Under the pieces are notes generated by a model. It did no database searches, was not told where the DNA came from, and saw only the letters and a list, made by a program, of their open reading frames with translations. DNA of 64,000 bases, from contig CM061248.1 of NCBI GenBank assembly GCA_022605425.2, forward strand, positions 186,001 through 250,000, in the 5' to 3' direction. Of this stretch, positions 23,003-33,677 are shown one piece after another. Made by a program: the position numbers and the translations under genes. Every line of letters begins with the position of its first letter. Positions within the stretch are counted from its first letter, which is position 1. The DNA is from Hamiltosporidium tvaerminnensis FI-OER-3-3. Lineage: Eukaryota; Fungi; Microsporidia.

Positions 23003-25276
23003 TTAAGAGTAAGAATTTTTTTTATACCAGATTTCAAGATAGATTTCATTTAAAAAAGATATCTTTGTATAGAATGATGCATTTTTCGGGATATAACACG
23101 CATAAAAAATCAAATCTTTAAGTTTTCTTAATCTGGAAATAAATTCCAAATCTATTTCTTTTATACTGATTTCATAAAAGTATAATTTTTCAATCTTGTA
23201 TTCCTTAGAATTACAAAATAATTCCGAAAAATATATATTGGATAAATATATTTCAGAGATTTTTAAATTCTTTAGATTAGATAAATTACGAAATGCACCC
23301 GAATCCTTTTTATAGACAATCATATCCTCTAGTGTAAGTTTATATATTCTTTTAAGAAGATTTTTTTCAAATAATTGATTTAAGGAAACTTCAACACGAT
23401 TAAAATCCAAAATCGAATTAAGAATAGATTTTGAATTTAAATTGAATCTCATTTCAAAATAATCTATGAAATAAACAAGAAATTCATTTTTTTGTACAAT
23501 TAATTCTTCAATATACATAATTTGTGTATACGAAGAGATAAATACGATTTCGTTGTAAAATTTAAGGTAGATTTCTCTCAGATTTTTCATAAAAGCTACT
23601 AATACAAAGAAATATCGGCAATTTTTATCATTTTTAGGACTGAAGCTAAAATATTTTACAGATTTATTATTTAGCTTGATATCATTTCCGATAAATAGTT
23701 CCGAATTATTTATAGTCAAACTTTCAAGCTCAGTTATGTTAAAAATATCTTTTAAAAAGTTAGGATCGATTTCAGAATCTTTGATTATAATTTCTTTAAT
23801 ATTCTTTTCAATTTGCATGTCTTTAATTAAAAACTGTTTCAACTTTAATTTATTTAAGGTAATTGAAATATTATGAAAATCACCATTAGATTCATAAAAA
23901 CATCCGAATCCGCAAAATTCATATGTTAGGTTTAATGATTCAAAAATTTTAACATTTTCTTCAATTTGATTCATTTCAAACAAATTAGAATATAAATTCT
24001 TGACCTTTTCATCTGTATTTTCATACCAACGATTAGTATTTTTCATCGAAAAAATTTGAGTTTCTTCTTCTCCCTGTTGTGAATTCATTATAATATCTTT
24101 AACACTATCAATTTTCAAGATTATATTCTCGTTTTTGATTTTATTTATATCATATATCATACAACCATCAAAAAATATATATTCGTTGAGAATGATTAAA
24201 TGTTCTGTTATTTTTAAATCTTGATTTATATACGTGTCAAGAAAAATGATTTTTTTTGGATTCAAAATTTTCAAAAAATTATTAAGAGATATAATTAGCT
24301 TATCATATATCGAAAGTTTATAAAATACGATTTCTTCGATTTTCTTTTTAATATTTTGTAAAAAGAAATAAAGTGCATTCTCATTTTTCTCTTTAAAATT
24401 ATATATATGCAAATACTTTATGTTAAAAGTGTTTAGAAACAAGATAAATAAATTTTTACAATTCAAATTTTCCGATACTTTTTGAAAAATAAAAGAAAAA
24501 TTTTCGTCATTTAGTATCCAAAGATCCTCATCGTCACCGTTGTATAACATTTCATATATATACTGATGAAATGTTGGCATTTCTTCCAAGAAGAATGACG
24601 AAAAATTTTCAATTTCAGCAAAAAAAATTTCTAAATATTTTTGTGATATAATTTTTAAAAATTCTTCAGAAAATATTTCTTGCTTTGAAAAGTGAAATGA
24701 AACTTTATATAAATCGAAATATTCTATATCTTTAGATTGTGATAAAGAAAATAAAATTATTTTAATTGAATTGTGGAGGTTATTATCATCTCCCACTCTT
24801 AAATATTCCAAAAAATATAATATACTGTAGAATTTGTTAATCGTCATTTCTCTTTTTGGTAAATAATACGACATTAGAAAATCCAAAAAATATAAAAACT
24901 CGAATTTTTGAATATGGTTGCACAGAAATATTTCTCTATCTGTATTTTTACTGATAAATGTATCGATTATATCAAATTTTATGCCGATTTTTTCTATATC
25001 TTGTAAAGTATACTTAATATAATTTCTATTTGTAATTCTTTTAAATAATTGACTGTTTTGTTCAATGCCCGGGGTTTTAGCATACATATCTCGTCTTATA
25101 TCACACATATACTGATATTTCATTTTTTTTGCATTCAGAGAGTTATCTGTATTTTGATGATCTACTAAGTAGAATATAACATTCTGTTGACTGGAATAAC
25201 ATAAAAACATTGAAGTAAAAAGACTTAAATCAAAATACAAAGAATAACGTCGAGAAAGGCTAGAAAAATTCCACAT
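23003..25276 (-). CDS. Putative secreted BTB-like/leucine-rich-repeat protein, 757 aa
   Basis: Hydrophobic N-terminus; BTB-like segment EIFLCNHIQKFEFLYFLDFL...MTINKFYSILYFLEYLRV; LRR-like repeats (FRNLSNLKNLKISEI, FISRLRKLKDLIF); paralogue of 33678. Confidence 0.85.
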   Translation of the reverse strand: MWNFSSLSRRYSLYFDLSLFTSMFLCYSSQQNVIFYLVDHQNTDNSLNAKKMKYQYMCDIRRDMYAKTPGIEQNSQLFKRITNRNYIKYTLQDIEKIGIKFDIIDTFISKNTDREIFLCNHIQKFEFLYFLDFLMSYYLPKREMTINKFYSILYFLEYLRVGDDNNLHNSIKIILFSLSQSKDIEYFDLYKVSFHFSKQEIFSEEFLKIISQKYLEIFFAEIENFSSFFLEEMPTFHQYIYEMLYNGDDEDLWILNDENFSFIFQKVSENLNCKNLFILFLNTFNIKYLHIYNFKEKNENALYFFLQNIKKKIEEIVFYKLSIYDKLIISLNNFLKILNPKKIIFLDTYINQDLKITEHLIILNEYIFFDGCMIYDINKIKNENIILKIDSVKDIIMNSQQGEEETQIFSMKNTNRWYENTDEKVKNLYSNLFEMNQIEENVKIFESLNLTYEFCGFGCFYESNGDFHNISITLNKLKLKQFLIKDMQIEKNIKEIIIKDSEIDPNFLKDIFNITELESLTINNSELFIGNDIKLNNKSVKYFSFSPKNDKNCRYFFVLVAFMKNLREIYLKFYNEIVFISSYTQIMYIEELIVQKNEFLVYFIDYFEMRFNLNSKSILNSILDFNRVEVSLNQLFEKNLLKRIYKLTLEDMIVYKKDSGAFRNLSNLKNLKISEIYLSNIYFSELFCNSKEYKIEKLYFYEISIKEIDLEFISRLRKLKDLIFYACYIPKNASFYTKISFLNEIYLEIWYKKNSYS

Positions 25277-26019
25277 AGCGGTTAAGAATTTTTTGTTTAT
25301 ATAGTTTTTTTACAAATTTACTACTTTAATCTTTATTGTTTTTTAAAGATGAATAGAATACCAAAGAATAAGAAAAAGATGATAGATGTCATAAATTTTA
25401 TTCAAGCAGAAACAGATAATTTAAAAGTGTAGACTTCATTAAACTAATAGTATTGTTTTACAATATTTTATTTGTTCTAATATTAGCTGTATCAAGCGGG
25501 ATTTGAAATAAATTTTTCTTTAAAAGTTTCTTAATTATAAAAAACGTTGCCTTTTTTATACGCTGTACTATATCAACAAATATTTATCGGTATACTTTTA
25601 GATTTTTTTGTTCTATGACTATTATTTGCGAAAATCTAGATCACTCTTATTTTAAAAATGATATTTGATTTTTATGACAATCAGATTTCTAGTAATAATT
25701 TTCTTAGAGTAGTTATAAAAACAAAAAATACACATCTAATAGTCTAAGATAGGTTCAAATTCTCTGTATCTTCATATTTAAAGTATTCTGCTATATATAA
25801 ATTACTGATTCATAAAAAAAACATCGCAAGCTAGCATACAAGTATATTTTGATTATATATTTTCAAATACGTGAATTTTTTTTTGTATAATTTTGTTCTT
25901 AAATAAAATTTATTTCCATAGATTTATTTCTCTCTAAACAATAGATTTCATATAACATTTTTTCATCAAAAAAATTCCATATTATATTAACTCTAAGATT
26001 ATTTAATCGTATATTTTTT

Positions 26020-26706
26020 AAGAAGGTGACATTTCCATATAATTTTATGAAATCAATACAGTTGGGTTGCCATAGATAACTGCACCACCAACACTATGTT
26101 AGTGTCTTTTAAGATAACCAAATCCCAAGGTTTTTCATCTACACTTTTGCAGCACCCATTTATAGAGCAGGCAATGTCTTGTGTTTGTTGATTCTGTTGC
26201 AAAATGCAGAATCTAAGATTCAAATCTAGTTTGGGCTCCTAAAGTCAAACATCCTTTTTACTTATTCTACACTTCACGAACCGAATATATTTCCAGCTAA
26301 GATGTATACATATAGTTCGGTAACTTAAAAGGGTCTATTAAAGCTAGAATGCATATATACATGTAAGACTATATGCTTAAGACTTCTGATTTTCTAAAGG
26401 GTATGTTTCTGTATCCCATAGGCGCTAGGTGTTCTGTCACGAGTAAGAAAGGCTAGGTTTTCATGCCTTAAAATAGCAATTACATATACTTTCAGCAGTA
26501 TTTTACAACACAAATACAATAAAAATGCAAACTTGTTTGCAAAAAATTTCAAAGTTTATAGACATCCCTTCCTACGAATCCTATGTAAAAACCAAAATTT
26601 TAGTGAACAGTAAGTAATTCATCAAAAATTCAAACATTTTTATATGCTAATTTCGCTCAATGATTTACAAGTAAATGGTTATAATGCAATTATTATTCCT
26701 CTACAG
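26020..26706 (-). repeat. Degenerate copy of the ~700 bp structured repeat, abutting the hAT TIR
   Basis: ataactgcaccaccaacact, tttcatctac, aggcgctaggt, gaaaggctaggttttcatgc are colinear with 21290-21970. Confidence 0.7.
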
Positions 26707-29329
26707 CAGTGCTTCTTAACCTTTTGAATGTGCCGCATCCTCTTGAATCTAAAAATTGGTTTCCGCACCTCCAATGAAAATGTGTTTCAATTTTGCAAAT
26801 TTTTGTTTATTTAAAAATAATGTATATACTAAATATCAAATACTTAAAACTATTATTTTATCCAATGAATACACTGTTGGTGCTTGTTTATTATAATCTT
26901 CGCAAGCGAAGCTTTTTTTTAAGGAGACGCGTGTAAGTCAACAGTTACATTTAAGCGATTTTTCGCTTTAGTTTTTATGTTCAAAGTGAGAAAATTCATA
27001 TCACACAAGTAAGTGGCAGCAAAGATTAGAAATAAACTTGATGATTATTTTGCCAACTTTGGATAAAGTTGTGTCTGTGTATAAGAATTGTTGTACTTCC
27101 AGATGTTCTATTCCATTATAATATGACCACTGTCCCCCATTTCAATAATATCGTCTTTTTCACACATCACTATCATCCATCAAATTTAGGTTATAAAGAA
27201 ACAGATTCAGTATTCATTTCGAGTTTTGGTAATATCTCTAGTAAAAAAAATATACATTTAATGATTGACTCAATAATTTGAAATGCATTGCAATCTTGGT
27301 AAAATGTTTTTTTTTATTTTCTACAACAATTTCATCAAGCAAGGGGAGTTTACAAAACTTCCAAGTTCAACTCGACCGACCCAAATTTCTAGTTTTTCAA
27401 TAAATATATAGAGTATTACTTACTTAATTATTTTTGTACTAAATTCTTGGATTGATACGTTCAATTTGTTAAGTGGTTGATATATGTGCTAATAGGCTCG
27501 GAAAAGAATATCCCTCTTACTCTCAAAATTATTTACTAAATCATTGTTTCGACCAGTCCGTAACTGAACAATTTCATCCCGTAATTCAAAAACTCGACTA
27601 AGCATACAGTCTTTAGAAGGCCATGTATTTTGGGGCGATATAAAATATCGATATGACAGCATCAATTTCTTCGCACCGAAAAATGGGATAATTAGAAGCT
27701 CGTCCACAAGTATATTATAATATGTTATTTCGGAGATCAGTGGTTATTTTAAAGGTTCGCAAAGTTTTTAAGGTAAGTGCATGGCTAAGAAACATGCAAT
27801 GTGATTTTTTACTCTGCAGTAATTCCCTTTTCACGTGGGAAAAACACAAAATGTTTCCCTAACATTGCCGGAGCTCTATCAGTACATACTGAGCCTATCA
27901 CATCTAAAAGTAACAAAAATTTAAAAAAAAGTTATGTGATAAAAAACACAATTCCCTCGATTTCAACTTTAGTAGCTCACAAAATGTATTTTCCTTATCC
28001 TTTGTTTTTCTTTTGAGTATAATATCGCACAAATACTTGCAGCTGGCTAAAATTTTACCATCACTGACACATTTTTTTGTAAATTTATCATTAGAGTACT
28101 TACTTGTATTCTATATATTATCTATAGTATAACACCAATTATTAAGATCTTGAATTCTTCATCGAATTATCTATTTGATAATGTAATATTTTGGATTATA
28201 TTATATATCTTTGGAATTTAATAATATTGTAGCTATTATTAATGCTCAAGGTTTTATCAATTCTACAGATCTAGAGTTGCGTTTTTTTTCTTTGCATATA
28301 AATATGCCAATTGAAAAGAAGCCTCTAACAAGGGCTTTTAACTTGCAGAATCGCATAATTTTGGGAATGTACCATGAGAATCAAATCGATTATTTTTTGG
28401 CCTCAAACTGGCTATGATATGCGTATCTTTATGACCACGCAGATTGTTAAAATGCTTTGATATCTTTGATGGTTTGAGATTGCTGTTTGAAAATATCTTA
28501 GAACATAAAATCTAGTGAGACAGTTGTATCCTACCTTCTTTTTTCTATTCTACAAGTGAATTCATAAGCACCATGCCTATTGTTTCATTGACGTTTTTTT
28601 GACAATATAGATTTTCATCAGTTCCGGGCGCAATAGCCCTGGCATCCCTTGTTAATACCACCCACTGGTCTTTTTCAGGTGGGTTTGTTAACTTTTTCAG
28701 GTTTAGTAACAAGGTGCTTTTAAAAGAAGAGCTGTTAGCTCTACGCTTAACCCCAACCACGAGGGCCAGACCCTTTTAGTCGCCTCTTACGACAAGCAGA
28801 GAATACATCAAGCCAATTCTGCACCCTCTATGGTGGGGAATTACAAGACTTTATTCACAAATAATGATAAAAGTCTTAATTGTACTATGAATATAATATC
28901 CCTTCGGCTTAAGTCAGTGATCCATCAGGAATGTAAAATCGGTAAGAAATATTGACAATTGAAAATAGAAATGCGTTCAACGTATTAGTTTCAAAGACGT
29001 TTCGCGACTAAGTAGCGAAAATGTTATAGTAGACTCAGACAGTGAGAAAGAGAAAAGGCGGTCTCGTATTTAGTAGCGATCTGCCTAATTCGCTTATACA
29101 CACCTGAATAACAAAGACTATAACTTCCTTCGTGTATGTGTAGTGATCTTAAGTATAGCTACGAAATATTTTATCACATATTTTTTTTTACTTTATTTTA
29201 GTCTTAGCATATTTGTATTTTGTTGCAAAAAACTCATAATTATAATTTCCGAATTTACTTAAGCTTTTGATATGGGGTTCTCCTGCCCCCTACAAAATAC
29301 CTCCATGCACTCCTGGTTTAAAACCACTG
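26707..29329 (-). mobile_element. hAT transposon, Charlie/Buster group, decayed
   Basis: TIRs CAGTGCTTCTTAACC / CAGTGGTTTTAAACC; flanks CTCTACAG and CTCTAGTT resemble the NTCTAGAN target; transposase relics VCTDRAPAMLG, W.SK..MLSRVFELRDEI, FAATYLC...IKTKAKNRLNV. Confidence 0.85.
28612..28840 (-). mobile_element. RTE-derived SINE, copy 3, nested in the hAT
   Basis: TTCCCCACCAT...CTCTGCTTGTCGTAAGAGGCGACTAAAAGGG...AGGGCTATTGCGCC. Confidence 0.75.
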
Positions 29330-30565
29330 CTCTAGTTCATGCCATTCACTAAAAAATATAAATTTATTGTATCTCAATTATTTTTTATTTAGCTATCTAA
29401 AACACAAATTGATTATAATTTGGATCAGAGGCCTCTAAACTAAGTACTGCGGCAGCTGTCCGGAATTCTCATGAATTTTGTTCGTCACAATGTTTTGTTA
29501 ATTGGCTAAAAAAATTAAAAAATATATGCCAAAAGCAATTACAATTATAGATGATTTTTATTATGCCTTTGTAATAGAAAGAAAATTTAGTTAGTTTTCA
29601 ACATTTAGTTTAAAGACCATTTTAATGTTTTATTATTTTATTCTAAAAACTCAAAAAAAATAACAAAAAACCATTTACATAATTTAATATTGATTAGATT
29701 GATAGTTGAGATTTTCACTATTGATTAACGAAATTTTGGATTAATTTACCTGAAGAAATTATATATAACTGCATCAAGTGTTTATCTGTTAATTTTGATT
29801 TGTAAATACATTGTGTATAATTCATTTTAGAAAATGTTTGTTTACTCAGTTTGGTAGAGTAAAGGCGAATATAAAACCCCAATTAAATTTATAAACATTA
29901 TTGAATTGTAAAGCAGAAAGGCTCTTATAAAATTCCAGTAATTAATTTAAAAAAAATTATTAAGAACATTTTTTTTGAACATCTGCAAGAAACTTCAAAA
30001 CTTGATTCAAAAATATAGAATGGCCATAGAAGAAATATTTTTTGAAAAGCTAGTATAAATCAATGATTTCTTGACTCTCGTGACTTTTTTAGAGATCAAT
30101 ATTATCCGTAAGCTAAACAGCAACCCCTATTTAAATAAAAAAAACTTAGAGTCATTTATTATTCATTTAACCTACGTACTATTATGCAATACAACCCTGA
30201 ACATTTAGAGAACATTTTATTACAAGAGAAAACTAACTTTCTATAATCCACGAACCCATTTTAACTCACATTTTTATAAAAAAAATATATTTTTCGAATT
30301 CGTCCCCGAGAGTCTCAATATATTTCACTAGGGAAGAATTTTTTCAGAAAAATGCAATTTAGCATTGTATTTAAATAAAATATCAATGTTTTAATGAGTT
30401 AGAATAACTAACTAGTCTAGAAATACAAGCAAAATCTGTATTTTGATAAAAAAAATTCCATTTTAACGAAGTAGAAGAATCTAAAGGGATAAATTCAATC
30501 AAATATCTACCCTTTAATGTACAATTTAATCGCCTAAAATAATATATTTTATAACTAAATTTAAT

Positions 30566-31387
30566 TTATTTATTTGCTATAATTTTTGACAACAACCATT
30601 CAAATCCATTCCTAACATTTTTACCAGTTAAAGCAGATGTATAAATAAACCGTACATCACCATACTTATCATACCTACTCTCTTCTTCCTTAAAACCAAC
30701 CAAATCACATTTATTACCCATAACTACAATCGGTACATTCTCTAATTCCACATCATTTACAATCTCTTCAAGTAATTCTTCATATTTTCTATTATCAGAT
30801 AAATCATAAACAAATACAACACCATCTACCTTTTCATAGTAAGATGACCAATATTTCCTGAATAAAGATTGACCACCAACATCTACTATTGTTAAGGTAT
30901 AGATATCATTACAATCTAAATTTTGAACCAAATTTTCTTCTATACTTTGATATATTTCTTGTTCTCTACAATCTTGGATAGTTTCTTGTATATTTTTCTT
31001 TAAATTCATATTTTTTATTTCTCCTTCCATACCCATACCTCTTTTACTTATATCTTCCATACCCATCTCTCTTTTACTTATATCTTCCACACCCATCTCT
31101 TCCACACCCATCCTTTCTACGCCCATCCCTTCCATATCTCCCTCTTTATTACAACAAACACTATTCTTAAATCTTTCTACATCCAACTGATCAGTAAATA
31201 ATTTCCTTCTAAAAAAATACTCAACACTAAATAAAGAATATCCAAACGTAGGAACAACATCACAAATACTTTTACCAAACATTTTATACAACAAACTTGT
31301 CTTCCCACAATTATCTAATCCTATTATTAACACCTTTATATTTTTGTTATTTTTTATTATTTTATTTATCAATCGTTGTATTGTCAT
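30566..31387 (-). CDS. ARL2: ADP-ribosylation factor-like GTPase 2 with ~95 aa repetitive insertion
   Basis: GLDNCGKT, PTFGY, DVGGQSLFRKYW..YYEKVDG, NKCDL, TSALTGKNV..GFEWL; CCC upstream of ATG. Confidence 0.82.
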   Translation of the reverse strand: MTIQRLINKIIKNNKNIKVLIIGLDNCGKTSLLYKMFGKSICDVVPTFGYSLFSVEYFFRRKLFTDQLDVERFKNSVCCNKEGDMEGMGVERMGVEEMGVEDISKREMGMEDISKRGMGMEGEIKNMNLKKNIQETIQDCREQEIYQSIEENLVQNLDCNDIYTLTIVDVGGQSLFRKYWSSYYEKVDGVVFVYDLSDNRKYEELLEEIVNDVELENVPIVVMGNKCDLVGFKEEESRYDKYGDVRFIYTSALTGKNVRNGFEWLLSKIIANK

Positions 31388-31459
31388 ATGGGCTGTACTT
31401 TATAATGTATATATGTCTTATTCTCTATATAAAAACTTAATTATCTTAAAATAAAAATT

Positions 31460-32967
31460 TTATTTAATAAAATTTTGGGTTAAAATATTTTAACATTTTT
31501 ATATGTTTTCTTCTACCTCTTTAACCACTACTGTCTCTTCTTCCAAATCTGACTCTTCATTTATGTTATTGGTCGATTCCTGTAAAGTGGTTCTCCTTGT
31601 GAAATAAGGGGTGCATTATTTTTTGTTTTTAAAATTTTAACACAATCTTCCTCTCTCTTCGCTTCTTTTAAAGGGGGTGTTGGTTACTCATGCATCTCTG
31701 ATCTCATAATAACACCCCATTGACGCTCTCTCCCAGCTCTCTTCGGCATTTAGTCCTGACTCAAGTCCTCTTCGTCGATCAAAGGAAATTGTTTCGACCG
31801 TCTTCTTAAGTACTATAGATTAAACGTGTGCCTCTATATTCATGGGTATTTCTAGTCTTTTAAGGTGTAATCTATGGTATTTTGTCACAATACCGTCCCA
31901 GGTCATCACATAAGGGATTATCTCAACACTACACTTATAAATAAGACCTAACTCATTGGCTAGCAGGTCATACTTGCTAAGTTTTTCAGTTTCAACTATT
32001 TGAAGTGAATCTTGGGAAGTGATTCCTACTTCAATGAGTGTTATCATATTCTTCTTCTTATCTAAAATATATATGTCGAGTCTGTTATTCCGAATTTTAA
32101 CATCAGTTTTTATTCTGGTGTTCACTCTTATCTCTGCGTACTCATTATCAAGAATTTCTTGAACTGAGTGACTCCTAATTCGTTTTGAAGACTTAAACTT
32201 ATATCTATTTAGGAGAAATAAGTGTAGGCATCTAACCACTTCATTATGCCGTCTGGTGTAGTCATGGCCTAGCATTTTTTCGCATCGAGTTGCTAGATAA
32301 TCTACAGTCTTACCAGATTTATTGAAGCGTTGACACACACCATCTGCTCCCCAGAATACATTTCTATCCTGGATATAGCAGAACACAGCTTCATTTCGTG
32401 GCCTAATATTTCCTCTCTTTAGCCATCTTGAAGAGTCACTAACACTCACAAGCTCATTTTTTCTTGCATTATATAACTTTGAATGGAGTTTTCGTTTTTC
32501 TATTTCGTTATATAGTTTTGCAAGTTGAGCTTCTTCTAAAATTTTCTTAGTGACTTCTTCTACTAACCTGTATTTTAGTTTTAAGAAGCCTTTTATTAGT
32601 GCAAGATGGGTTTTATTATTATTCTCCACCTTGAGGATTGCTGCTCGTCTAGTTGATATTTCTTTACTTTTTTCCAGACAATCCAAGAGTTGTAGAAGCA
32701 TATGTTCACTTCGCAGCTCAACACTATGTAGGCTCTTCCAAGTTCTGTTATAGGAAGATACAAACGCTCTTTACATTCTGGGCGGATATGTATCTTATTC
32801 TTCACCAACACCGCACGCACTGCATCATCTAACTTAGAGAAGCCAGCCGGTTCAAGTCGAAGTACTCCTATGTGGTAGTTGATTAACGATATCGCATGTT
32901 GATTGATTGCAGAAAATAAATTTTTTGCATTTAATCTAGTGTGACAAAGTCTTTCAACTCTTGATAT
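31460..32967 (-). mobile_element. 5'-truncated R4-clade RLE LINE (copy B)
   Basis: Encodes RHNEVV and ...DIYILD..LIEVG..KYDLL endonuclease region; candidate 10-bp TSD AATAAAAATT at 31450-59 and 32968-77. Confidence 0.9.
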
Positions 32968-33627
32968 AATAAAAATTCCTAATGTATTAGTGTGAGTAAA
33001 TATGAAAAAATACTTTTAAAATATAAATAAAAAAGAAAATTCATAGTAAAACTATGTTTAAAAAAAATAATATTAAAATTTTGTTTAAAAATATATTTGA
33101 TGTAGTTTTCATTGACTTATTGTATTCATTTGTTAAATTTACGTTTTGCGGACAAACAATTTATATTCTTACATTTTTTTCAACCTTCTTTACATTTTTA
33201 TAGCATTATTTGTCATTCGATAAAAAATCAAAAAAAACTATAATTTTAAGAAATATAATTCTGATTTTAAAAATAATCAAAGCTCGTATTTTTTATAGAG
33301 AGAAGTTCTGCAAAAAATAAAAGAATCTAATTTTTGTTGTAATGACTAATATAAAACTTAACTGAAATATAAGGAACATTCGATTATTGATTTTATAAAC
33401 TACAAAGAATAATTGGACATAAAAAAAATGTTTGTATATTAAATTCTAAAAATAGTATTTTTATTCAATAAAATTTGATGTTTAGAAATACCAACAATTG
33501 TTCATACTTAAGTCTTTTAAGTTTTTATTTTTCTAAAACAGTATAAAATTTTATTAAATTGAAATTGATAGCCACATCATTCTTGACGTTTTATGAAAAA
33601 AATTAAAATTTTTATAAATAAAAACTA

Positions 33628-33660
33628 AAATAGTAAATTGATTGTAAACTATAAATACAT
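33628..33660 (+). promoter_or_regulatory. Family-specific upstream motif TAGTAAATT-N9-CTATAAATACA
   Basis: Equivalent motifs at similar spacing upstream of ATGs 15469(-) and 25276(-). Confidence 0.6.
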
Positions 33661-33677
33661 ATTTTTTTCGGAGATTT

